A stretch of 64,000 bases of DNA from Elusimicrobiota bacterium (GTDB lineage Bacteria; Elusimicrobiota; Elusimicrobia; UBA1565), in the NCBI GenBank assembly GCA_043827405.1, contig JBDRPD010000066.1, positions 64,342 to 128,341 on the forward strand, in the 5' to 3' direction. Positions 36,573-45,110 of the stretch are shown piece by piece. The notes beneath the pieces were generated by a model, which ran no database searches, had not been told where the DNA came from, and was given only the letters and a program-made list of their open reading frames with translations. How positions within the stretch are numbered: the first letter of the stretch is position 1; each line of letters opens with the position of its first letter. The translations under genes were made by a program, and so were the position numbers.

Positions 36573-38068
36573 TGCGGCACGTCGGCGGCGAAGAGATACG
36601 GCATGCCGGTCACATAATGGGGCAGCGTGACGCCGTTGCGCAGCGCATAGGTCTGCCGCCGCTGGTAGGTGAAGACGCTGAGAGCCTGCGCATAGATATA
36701 GCGGTCCAACTCCATCGCCTGACGCTGCCGCTCCGCGTTGTCGATGGTGGACGCCATCCGTTCGAGCATGACGTCGAACTTTTCGTCGCGCGCCAGACTG
36801 CGCGGCGACTTGGAAAATATGGCGAGCGCCTGAATGAAGTACGAGTGCGCCATGGGGTCAGGGCACTCCCCGATAGCAAGATCGTACTTCGGATCCTTGA
36901 AGAACGCGAGGATCTCATGCTCCTTCATAGTCTCAAACTTAAGATCGATACCAACGCGTTGCCAGTCGGCGGCTAGGATTCTAGCTGTCCGCTCGGCGCC
37001 TTCTAGCACCATCGCCGTCAGTTTAATGCCGTCCGCATGTCCGGCTTCAGCGAGCAGAGCCGCGGCTTTTCTCGGGTCATAAGGATACGGCTCTAAATCA
37101 GGGTTGTGCCCTTCCTCTCCCGGCATGCTCAGCGTCGCGATCGGCGTGCCGTTTCCAAGTAGGTCGTAGCGGATCAGCGCTTTCCGGTCGGTGGCATAAT
37201 TGAGCGCCTGCCTGATCCTGCGATCAGCGAGCACCCCCTTATCGAACCGCAAACTGATTCCCATGGTCGAATATGCTCGCCCCTTGAGGATGCGGGTTTC
37301 CGGATGCCGCTGAACGGCCAGCGTCATGGTGCCGGGAACATCGAATAGGGCGTCGACATTTCCGGCAAACAGCTCCGCGATCTGTTCCTTCGCGGGGATG
37401 AAGCGGAACACCAGCTTGTCGACCTTCGGTTCGTTCTCACTCCAATAATCCCTATTCGCTTCCAGCACGATGCGGTCGCCCCGCCGCCATTCCTCAAAGC
37501 GAAAAGCGCCGGTGCCCACCGGCGCGATCTCGATTGCCGCTAGCTGCCGGTGCGGGATAATTAGGACGAAACCCGCCAGCCGGTGCAGGAGCAGCCCGTC
37601 CGGCTGATGGGTGACGATGTCGACGGTGTGGCCGTCGACCACCTCGGCGCGGGCGATCGTCGCGATCATGCCGAGCGCGGGAAAGCCGGTCCGGGGATCG
37701 AGGTAGCGGGCGATGGTCGCCCGGACGCAGTCCGCGTCGAACGGCTCGCCATTATGAAAGCGGACATCGCGGCGCAGGGAAAAGCGCATGCGCAGCGGGT
37801 CGATACGCCGCCAAGAAACGGCGAGGGCAGGCTCGATCTTCCCCTGCGGATCGAAGCGCACCAAGCCCTCGTATATCTGCTGCAGGATGGTGTGGTTCTT
37901 CTCCGCGAACTGCTTATGCGGATCGAGCGTGGCCGGATCGCTGATGTCGTCGCAAACGACGAGCCGCTTGACCCGGCGCGCGGCAGCGACCGGCTCCTTA
38001 GCCGAAACTCCGACCGCGACCAGCAAAGAGCACGCCGCCGCCGTCATTTTCTTGCGATAAGCGCCCAT
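36569..38068 (-). CDS. ABC-type solute-binding protein, family 5
   Basis: Signal peptide; TLDPH, IYEGLV, PALAVSW, FHNGEPF, PVGTGAF and RQALNYA motifs. Confidence 0.9.
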   Translation of the reverse strand: MGAYRKKMTAAACSLLVAVGVSAKEPVAAARRVKRLVVCDDISDPATLDPHKQFAEKNHTILQQIYEGLVRFDPQGKIEPALAVSWRRIDPLRMRFSLRRDVRFHNGEPFDADCVRATIARYLDPRTGFPALGMIATIARAEVVDGHTVDIVTHQPDGLLLHRLAGFVLIIPHRQLAAIEIAPVGTGAFRFEEWRRGDRIVLEANRDYWSENEPKVDKLVFRFIPAKEQIAELFAGNVDALFDVPGTMTLAVQRHPETRILKGRAYSTMGISLRFDKGVLADRRIRQALNYATDRKALIRYDLLGNGTPIATLSMPGEEGHNPDLEPYPYDPRKAAALLAEAGHADGIKLTAMVLEGAERTARILAADWQRVGIDLKFETMKEHEILAFFKDPKYDLAIGECPDPMAHSYFIQALAIFSKSPRSLARDEKFDVMLERMASTIDNAERQRQAMELDRYIYAQALSVFTYQRRQTYALRNGVTLPHYVTGMPYLFAADVPQ

Positions 38069-39063
38069 GTGGGGTTTGGCGAGTCAGCGCAGATCTGCTG
38101 ACGCTTGTTTCTAGCAAATCCGCATTCCTCGATCCATCGCCGGTAATCGGCCAACCGATAGGTACGCCCGGCGCGTGTGCAGACCAGCATGTGGACCGAA
38201 AACAAGGCCGAGAAGGCGGGCGCGGTCCCTGTCTCATCGGTCATGAAGTCATGGATGACAAGCCGCCCGCCCGGCTTCAAGGCGTCCCGGCAGCGACTGA
38301 TCAGCCGTCGATTGGCCTCCTCTCCTTCGTTATGCGTGACATGGGATAATAAGATCAGATCGTAGGCGCCGGGTTCGAGTTCCGCCTCATGATAACTGCC
38401 TTCGATTAAACGAAGGCGTTCGCGATACGGAGAATCCACAATCAGCTTCCGGGTTACGCGCAGCGTCTCCGGGAGGTCAAGGATATCGGCCTCAAGTCTG
38501 GGATTGCGCTCTAACAGCGCCAGGGAGTACGCCCCGGGACCGCCTCCCAGGTCCAGCATGCGGCCCGGGTTCAGCGGTCCGAGGCAGGCGGCCAACTCGG
38601 CGGCCGGAAGCCGCGAGATATCGCGCATCCCCCCGATGTAGTCGCGAATAAAGGCTTTCTCTCCCCGCAGGCGAAAGTCCAGCGTCGTCACCGGCTCGCC
38701 GCGCCGCAGCGTCGTCTCCAGGTCCGACCAGGAATCCCACAGGAACTCCTGATACCTGAGGTTGTCGCCGATATAGCCGGGCCGTCCCTTCACCAGCAGG
38801 CGTTCGGCAGTCTCGGTATTCTCATACTGCCGTTGCGTCTTTGCCAGCAGGTCCAGGGCCGTGAGCGCGTCCAGAAAGATCTCCGCGGCGCGGGGATGCA
38901 GACCGAAGGCTCGGGCGATCTCCTCGCCGCCGGCGCGCTTTCCGGCCAGCCAAGTGAACAGCTCCAGCTTGGCGGCCACCAACAGGAGCTTGGCGCTGCG
39001 ATATCCAGTCGCCAAGGTCCCTAAGGCGGCAGGACTCGCCGCCGCACTCTCCAGCGCCATCAT
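38044..39063 (-). CDS. SAM-dependent O-methyltransferase with dimerisation domain
   Basis: N-terminal winged-helix dimerisation domain; LDLGGGPG, LSHVTHN and LKPGG motifs. Confidence 0.85.
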   Translation of the reverse strand: MMALESAAASPAALGTLATGYRSAKLLLVAAKLELFTWLAGKRAGGEEIARAFGLHPRAAEIFLDALTALDLLAKTQRQYENTETAERLLVKGRPGYIGDNLRYQEFLWDSWSDLETTLRRGEPVTTLDFRLRGEKAFIRDYIGGMRDISRLPAAELAACLGPLNPGRMLDLGGGPGAYSLALLERNPRLEADILDLPETLRVTRKLIVDSPYRERLRLIEGSYHEAELEPGAYDLILLSHVTHNEGEEANRRLISRCRDALKPGGRLVIHDFMTDETGTAPAFSALFSVHMLVCTRAGRTYRLADYRRWIEECGFARNKRQQICADSPNPTWALIARK

Positions 39064-40832
39064 ACCGCAGCCTCCTGCGTCGCGGCGCTCGACTTGCCCA
39101 TGAACTTGTCCAGCGTCCGGAAGCGGTCGGCCGTCGGCGGGCAGGCCTCGATGTCGACTCGGGCGTCGATGACCGTGGGCCGGCCCGATTTCAGCGCCGA
39201 GCGCAGAACGCCCTGCAGCTCGTCGGGCTTCTCCACTACATGCGCCTGCGCGCCCATGGCCCGCGCCATGGCCGCAACGTCCATGGGTTTGGCGAAGCGC
39301 GAGGTCACGAACTTGCCGCCGAATTGGATGCGCTCGCCGTGATAGACCATCCCGAGCCCGCCGTTGTTGAGCACCAGCCAGACGACGGGGACGTCGTTTT
39401 CCACTGCGGTATGCACCTCGAAGCCGTTCATGGCGAAGGAGGCGTCGCCGACGATGGCGATCACTGGACGTTCGGGAGCGGCGAGCTTGCCGCCGATCGC
39501 CGCCGCCACGGCATGGCCCATTGAGGCGAAGCCCATGTTGACGATGAACGAGCCGGGACGCGTCAGCTTCAGATAGTGGATGGCCCAGGCCATGCAGTTG
39601 CCGATATCCACGAATAGGATGGCGTCACTCGGCAGCGCCTCCTGCAGGTCGCGCATGAGGCGGGGGGGCTTGAGCGGGAGTGTCGCATCGTCGAGTTTCG
39701 CCGGCTCGGTCAGGCGCGGCAGCTGCGACTTGAAACCTCGAATCAATGCCTCCTTGGCGGGGGCCGGCGTACCGGCTTCCGTCCACCGCGCTTCGCGCTC
39801 CAGCTGATAGCGGAGCTCCGTCAGCACGGAGCGGGCGTCGCCGACGATGCCGTGCGTGACCGGGTAGTTGCGTCCGATCTGCTCGGGATCGACGTCGATC
39901 TGGATGAAGGTGTCGGTAGGAGCCAGCCGCGGGTCCCAAGCGTTGGTCACCTGTTCCCCGAGACCGCTGCCGACAACGAGCAGGACATCTACCTCGTCAG
40001 AGTTGAAGTAGCGCTCGGCCTGAGGCGAGCCGGCGAATCCCAGTACGCCCAAGGACAGCAGGTGGTCTTCTGGAAAGCAGGCCTTGCCCTTGGGTGAGGT
40101 CGCCACCGGCGCGCACAGCTGCTCCGCGATCCGGCGCAGCTCGGTAAAGGCGCCGGAGAGCGCGACCCCGTGGCCGGCGATGATCGCCGGCCTCTTGGCC
40201 CGCAGCAGTGCCTGCGCCGTCTGCCGGACCGCCTGGCGGTCGAAGTTTTGCGCCGTGGAGCGGTAAGAGTCGACCGGACGGATATCGGGAGAGCCCGGAC
40301 GCTTGGCGAGGTCGGCCGGGATGTTGAGGTGCACCGGACCCGGGCGGCCGCTGAGCGCGCAACGGAGCAGCCCACGGATATTGTCGCCGCAGGCGGTGTT
40401 GTTTACCAGCATGACGCTCTTCTTGACCACATCCTTATATAGGCTGACGATATCGATGGCATAGGCGCTGCTCTCCTGGGCCGCGCCCTTGCCGAAGGAC
40501 CAGGTCGGGACCTGGGCCGTCAGCAGAATGACCGGCACCGAGTCCATCGCCGAGCAGGCGAGCCCTGTCAGGGCGTTGGTCGCGCCTGGGCCGGTGGTGG
40601 CGCAGCAGACGCCGAGGCCGCGCCGCACTCGGGCGTAGCCGTCGGCCATGAAGGCGGCGCCTTCTTCGTGCTTGGCGAGGATCGGTCGGATCTTGGACGT
40701 GGCGAATATCGCTTCATAAAGCGGCATCAGCGGGCCGCCCGGGATGCCGAAGATGTGGTCGACGCCTTCGTTCTCTAGATAACGCAGCAGAGTCTCGACG
40801 ACGGTGGGCTGATTGTTTTTCTGGCGATGCAT
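39060..40832 (-). CDS. Thiamine-diphosphate-dependent enzyme (acetolactate synthase/ScyA-like carboligase)
   Basis: FGIPGG, HEEGAAFMADGY, TTGPGATN and GDASFAMN...NNG motifs; no ilvN/ilvC neighbours. Confidence 0.85.
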   Translation of the reverse strand: MHRQKNNQPTVVETLLRYLENEGVDHIFGIPGGPLMPLYEAIFATSKIRPILAKHEEGAAFMADGYARVRRGLGVCCATTGPGATNALTGLACSAMDSVPVILLTAQVPTWSFGKGAAQESSAYAIDIVSLYKDVVKKSVMLVNNTACGDNIRGLLRCALSGRPGPVHLNIPADLAKRPGSPDIRPVDSYRSTAQNFDRQAVRQTAQALLRAKRPAIIAGHGVALSGAFTELRRIAEQLCAPVATSPKGKACFPEDHLLSLGVLGFAGSPQAERYFNSDEVDVLLVVGSGLGEQVTNAWDPRLAPTDTFIQIDVDPEQIGRNYPVTHGIVGDARSVLTELRYQLEREARWTEAGTPAPAKEALIRGFKSQLPRLTEPAKLDDATLPLKPPRLMRDLQEALPSDAILFVDIGNCMAWAIHYLKLTRPGSFIVNMGFASMGHAVAAAIGGKLAAPERPVIAIVGDASFAMNGFEVHTAVENDVPVVWLVLNNGGLGMVYHGERIQFGGKFVTSRFAKPMDVAAMARAMGAQAHVVEKPDELQGVLRSALKSGRPTVIDARVDIEACPPTADRFRTLDKFMGKSSAATQEAAV

Positions 40833-40951
40833 GATAGCCTCGGTTTCGAAATCGTATGTATACTAGGAATACTAGTCTACGTGTTATGTTGGCGCCGTGT
40901 CAAACGGCTGGCCTTTAATTGCAATAATTGGTATTCTTACATTGCGCGGAT

Positions 40952-41533
40952 ATGGAGAAACGCTTCTATACGACGTTTGAGATTGGGAAGATCTGCGGGG
41001 TGTTCCCCAGCACGGTGATCAACTGGATCAAGGAAGGACGCCTCAAGGCCAGCCAGACGCCGGGCGGTCATCGGCGGGTCACGCATGCGGACTTGTCGAG
41101 CTTTATGCACGAGTGCGGCTACCCGCCGCTGGATGCGACAATCCTGCGCAAGCGGATCATGATTGTGGACGATGACCCTTCCGTATGCCGTATGCTCAAG
41201 AGAGCGTTTGAGGTCAGTAAAGAGACGGTTGATGTCGAAACCGTCTCATCGGGCATCGACGCCTTGGTGACGATCGGCAAGAATCCACCCGACCTCGTGA
41301 TCCTCGACGTCGTCATGCCGATAATGGACGGGGCCAGCCTCTGCGCCTCTCTTAAGGAAAATCCCGCGACCCGCGGCGTCAAGCTGATCGCCATCACAGG
41401 CAAGCGTCTCCTCGCGAAGAAGCAGCGCTTCATCCAGGACAACACCGATGCCTTTATGCGCAAGCCGCTGGATATTCGCAAATTGCTCGCCGTGAGCGCG
41501 AGCTTGTTGCGCGTCCCCCTGTCGCGGCGCTGA
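40952..41533 (+). CDS. Response regulator with N-terminal excisionase/MerR-like HTH and C-terminal receiver
   Basis: YTTFEIGKICGV...WIKEGRL...TPGGHRR, then IVDDD, ILDVVMP and KP. Confidence 0.85.
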   Translation: MEKRFYTTFEIGKICGVFPSTVINWIKEGRLKASQTPGGHRRVTHADLSSFMHECGYPPLDATILRKRIMIVDDDPSVCRMLKRAFEVSKETVDVETVSSGIDALVTIGKNPPDLVILDVVMPIMDGASLCASLKENPATRGVKLIAITGKRLLAKKQRFIQDNTDAFMRKPLDIRKLLAVSASLLRVPLSRR

Positions 41534-41619
41534 CGTCACATTTCTGAATTAGCCGGCTTGGCGGCCTATTTTTCATGTCGGAAGCTGGCTGTCGCATGCT
41601 AGAATCATGTTAGTACGCG

Positions 41620-41961
41620 ATGAAGAAGATATTAATCGTCGATGATTCTGAGCCGACACGGCGCATTATTGAGCGGATCCTTGAAGGCGAGGGCCATGCC
41701 ACTCAATCCGTCGCCGATGCCGACGCTACTGTAGAGTCGCTTGATCGCCAGAGCTTTCATCTTGTGATGATGGATGTCGATCTCGGCGGTGACGACGGCG
41801 TCGCTCTGGCGAAGCGGGTGCTACAGGACTATCCGCAGCAAAGGCTTATCCTGATGTCCGGAGATCCTTCCAACCGATCAAGGGCTGCGGAGGCAAGCCT
41901 GCCCTTTATTGACAAGCCCTTTGAGATTCCCGACCTGCTCGCGATAATCAATCAGCAGTAA
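41620..41961 (+). CDS. Single-domain response regulator
   Basis: ILIVDD, MMDV, MSG and KPF motifs; 113 aa. Confidence 0.85.
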   Translation: MKKILIVDDSEPTRRIIERILEGEGHATQSVADADATVESLDRQSFHLVMMDVDLGGDDGVALAKRVLQDYPQQRLILMSGDPSNRSRAAEASLPFIDKPFEIPDLLAIINQQ

Positions 41962-42067
41962 ACTCTTCGCTCCTTAGCATCGTCTGAGTCGGTGGCGTCA
42001 CCCATTAAACTGGAAGGTTAAGAGATTTCGATAGTATCTATGGCACCGATGTTTGATGGAATCGCAT

Positions 42068-42087
42068 GTGGACACTTTTTGGACACT
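42068..42087 (+). repeat. Subterminal repeat, candidate integrase arm-type site (right)
   Basis: GTGGACACTTTTTGGACACT, i.e. tandem TGGACACT units. Confidence 0.6.
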
Positions 42088-42162
42088 CGGCTGTTTTTGT
42101 GTTGTTTGGCAAATATCGGTGTATCGATTTCTCCTTATGAAATATGCTAAATTGTCCGCGTC

Positions 42163-42234
42163 GCCGAGATAGCTCAACGGTAGAGCAATCGCTTCGTAAG
42201 CGATAGGTTGTGGGTTCGAATCCCATTCTCGGCT
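42163..42234 (+). tRNA. tRNA-Thr (anticodon CGT), CCA not encoded
   Basis: Acceptor stem GCCGAGA/TCTCGGC, D arm GCTC/GAGC, anticodon arm ATCGC-TTCGTAA-GCGAT, T loop GTTCGAATC. Confidence 0.95.
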
Positions 42235-42256
42235 TCCTCATTTTTGTGCGCAAGCT

Positions 42257-42289
42257 GCCGAGGATCAAAGTTCGAATCCCATCCTCGGC
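42257..42289 (+). repeat. Degenerate copy of the tRNA-Thr 3' end forming a hairpin
   Basis: GCCGAGGAT-CAAAGTTCGAATCCC-ATCCTCGGC; the last 20 nt match the tRNA 3' end at 19 positions. Confidence 0.6.
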
Positions 42290-42305
42290 CTTCTTCTTTC
42301 GCACC

Positions 42306-42337
42306 GCCGGACTTCACGGAAGTCCGGCTTTCCTTTT
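42306..42337 (+). terminator. Intrinsic terminator after tRNA-Thr
   Basis: GCCGGACTTC-ACG-GAAGTCCGGC followed by TTTCCTTTT. Confidence 0.75.
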
Positions 42338-42419
42338 CAAGCGTAAAATTCAGCGTTTTTGCTGTTGTTTCGCTTGCAGGCGACCTGCAATCGCGTTATA
42401 ATGCCAACGGCGCCACGGT

Positions 42420-45110
42420 ATGGGTAAAAAGAAGCGTAAGCGGGAAAAGGAAAAGCAGGAAGCCGTCGTCGAGCAGGAGGAGACCGCCGACGCGGGTTCC
42501 TTCAGCAATAAAGCGATTATTTGGTGGCTGCCTTTCCTCTACCTTCTGATCTCCGATTCCTTTTATCTTCGCACTTACGACTCCGCCCAGGTGAAGATCA
42601 CTCTCGTGCAGATGGGCGGCATCTGTCTTTTGTCGCTGTGGTTCTGCCGACTGCTGGCTGAGGGTAAACGCGCTTTTACCAAGACGGATTTGGTTACGCT
42701 GGCGCCGTTTCTAGCCTATTTCGCGTACGGCATATTCTCCTATCTTCACGCGCCCTATCAGTTCTCCTCGCTCGACGCTTTCCTGCGCCGCATATTCTAT
42801 ATGACGGTGCCGCTGATCCTGATCCGCGAGTTCAACCTCAAGGCGTCCGAACGGTTCACCCGTATTCTGATCTGGACTACCTGGATCACGGTCGGCTACG
42901 GCTTCCTGCAGTGGTTCGATATCACGTTCTTCCCTCCCGGCGTGGGTATGGGCCCGGACCCCTTCATCTGGCGGCAGGCTTTCGGCAAACGCGTGTTCTC
43001 GACCTTCGGCAATCCGAACTTCTTCGCCGACTTCCTGGTGATCATGTTCCCGATCCTGGTTTGCCAGTACGCCAAGACCAAGGATTTGAAGCTGGTGCCG
43101 CTTATCGGCCTGCTGTTATGGGATCTTATCGCGACTGAGACCAAGGGCGCATGGGTCGGCATGGTGATATCTGCGTCCCTGCTGAGCGGGACCTATATCT
43201 ATTTCTTCAACCGGGATATCCTGCGCCGCTACGCGCTGCACCTCGCGGGAGCGTTTCTGATCGCGGTCGCGGTCGTCGGCGGCGGTATCGTTCACAAGCT
43301 TAATAATTCCAGCTGGACCTCGGTAAACTTTCGCTTGTTCACCTGGGAAGCGACTTGGGAGATGGTTATGACCCAGCCCCTTATCGGTACGGGGATCGGG
43401 TCGTTTTGGGTCATCTATCCGGCGTTCCGGCGTCCGCCGATCTTCCATATCGAAGGCAAGCACAATACCGAGACCGACCACTCCGAGAACGAATGGCTGG
43501 AAGTCCTCTACGATGAAGGGATTCTCGGCTTCGGGATCTTCGTGTGGCTGATCTTTACCGCCTGTTTTATCGCCTACCGCTGTCTCGGCCAACTGACGGG
43601 GAGCCTGAAAAAAGGGCAGCGGGCGCCCCCGCGGGCATGGGACATCCTGGGCTATCTGATCGCTTTCCAGGGCATGCTCGCGCATAATCTCTTCGACGTG
43701 AGTATGCGCTTTGTTTCTTCCGGCATCTACCTGGGCCTGCTTTCGGGCATGGTGGTGAACCTCTGCCGCGGCCAATCGCTGGCCGAACTGCACCAGCAGC
43801 AGCCGGATGAGGCGGAGCCGGAAGGAAGCGTCTGGGATTCGATATCATCCTTCCTCATCTGGCCGGCGCGGCTGGCCGCCTGGGCGGGGATTGCGTATCT
43901 CCTCTTTGTTTTCATCGCATATACCGGAACTGGAGATACAATCGAGTTCGCCTCAAGCAAGGGCTTCCAGTGGTTCGAGCCGCGCATGAGCTTCCATGCG
44001 CTGCAGGGCGAGTTTCACCGCATGCGCTTGGGCGGCGAGAAGCTGCAGTGGGCGATCGCCTGGGCGGCATTTCTGTTCTGCGTCCTTTCGCAGGGCTATA
44101 TCTTCGCGCGGGTGACGTATTTGGCGAAGAATGCCCTCATCCCGATAGTGATCGTCCTCATGATCTTTCCGCTGCGTCTGACTTGGGGCTTCTTCCGCGC
44201 CGACGTGCATCACAATATCGCTATCTTCTTCTCCAAGCAGAAGGACTGGGAGAAGGCCCTGGAAAACTATCTCATCGTCGGCAAGCTGAACCCGGCCTTC
44301 GTCATGTCTTTTTACTTCAAAGGCAACGTCTTCAATGACCGCTTTGACATGACGAAAAAATACGTCGAACGGTGGGGCGACACGGATAATCGTGCGCGCG
44401 ACGATTATGACCGCGCGCTCGACGCGTATGACGAGGTGCGCTCCAAGGCACCCAACTACGTACAGATGCACCATCAGGTCGGCGTCCTGCACCTCAAGCG
44501 TGGGCAGTGGGAGCGCAGCCAGGCGCAGCAGTCGCGTGATCAGGCCAAAGCGCTGCAGGGGCAGGGAAAGACGGCGGACGCGCAAGCCCTTCTCGCCAAG
44601 GCCGCCGGCCACGCGAAGGACGCCGAAGTCTATCTGGACAAGGCGCTGGAACGCATGCAGCTCTACCGGGCGCACGATCCCGTATTCGCCCCGAACTATT
44701 TCCGCATGGGACAGATATATATGATGCGCCAGCAGTACGACAAGGCGGTCGAGACGTACCAGGCGCTCATCGAGGCCGATCAGTGCCGCGTGGTAAAGCC
44801 GCTCTCCGACAAAAAGCTGCTGCGCGACAGCATTTTGAAGTACCAGTGGTACTTCGAGGTCGACGAGGGCGGCGGCAAGAGGTGGAAGCATGAACACCGC
44901 GATACGGATGCCTACACGCATTTGGGCAACGCTTTGTATCTGCAGGATCGTCTGCGCGAATCGGTGGCGGTTTATCAGAAGGCGCTGAATATGCAGCCCG
45001 ACAACGAGCATGCGCGAAACAACCTGAGAGTCGTGCTGCAAAAAGCCCGGAAGCTGGGCCGTCTCAAGATCAACGGACCTAATCAGTTCGAGATAACGCC
45101 CGCCAAGTGA
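42420..45110 (+). CDS. O-antigen ligase (Wzy_C)-family membrane protein with C-terminal TPRs
   Basis: Many TM segments; STFGNPNF and R...W...P..GTGIGSF motifs; TPR-like helices. Confidence 0.75.
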   Translation: MGKKKRKREKEKQEAVVEQEETADAGSFSNKAIIWWLPFLYLLISDSFYLRTYDSAQVKITLVQMGGICLLSLWFCRLLAEGKRAFTKTDLVTLAPFLAYFAYGIFSYLHAPYQFSSLDAFLRRIFYMTVPLILIREFNLKASERFTRILIWTTWITVGYGFLQWFDITFFPPGVGMGPDPFIWRQAFGKRVFSTFGNPNFFADFLVIMFPILVCQYAKTKDLKLVPLIGLLLWDLIATETKGAWVGMVISASLLSGTYIYFFNRDILRRYALHLAGAFLIAVAVVGGGIVHKLNNSSWTSVNFRLFTWEATWEMVMTQPLIGTGIGSFWVIYPAFRRPPIFHIEGKHNTETDHSENEWLEVLYDEGILGFGIFVWLIFTACFIAYRCLGQLTGSLKKGQRAPPRAWDILGYLIAFQGMLAHNLFDVSMRFVSSGIYLGLLSGMVVNLCRGQSLAELHQQQPDEAEPEGSVWDSISSFLIWPARLAAWAGIAYLLFVFIAYTGTGDTIEFASSKGFQWFEPRMSFHALQGEFHRMRLGGEKLQWAIAWAAFLFCVLSQGYIFARVTYLAKNALIPIVIVLMIFPLRLTWGFFRADVHHNIAIFFSKQKDWEKALENYLIVGKLNPAFVMSFYFKGNVFNDRFDMTKKYVERWGDTDNRARDDYDRALDAYDEVRSKAPNYVQMHHQVGVLHLKRGQWERSQAQQSRDQAKALQGQGKTADAQALLAKAAGHAKDAEVYLDKALERMQLYRAHDPVFAPNYFRMGQIYMMRQQYDKAVETYQALIEADQCRVVKPLSDKKLLRDSILKYQWYFEVDEGGGKRWKHEHRDTDAYTHLGNALYLQDRLRESVAVYQKALNMQPDNEHARNNLRVVLQKARKLGRLKINGPNQFEITPAK

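Larger units (their letters stand above)
26744..42199. mobile_element. Genomic island inserted in tRNA-Thr(CGT), no integrase recognised
   Basis: 37-bp terminal direct repeat, matching 20-bp subterminal repeats, AT-richer hipBA segment, IS remnant, accessory cargo. Confidence 0.8.

Noticed and set aside
39060..40832. Calling the ThDP enzyme ilvB
   Set aside because: No regulatory subunit or ilv genes nearby; it sits in an island operon with tailoring enzymes
40952..41533. Excisionase for the island
   Set aside because: The HTH is fused to a receiver domain, a common response-regulator architecture
41962..42162. Possible integrase remnant next to the right attachment site
   Set aside because: I could not find tyrosine- or serine-recombinase motifs in any frame
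42038..42549. Short ORFs spanning the tRNA
   Set aside because: They overlap tRNA-Thr and its terminator; spurious
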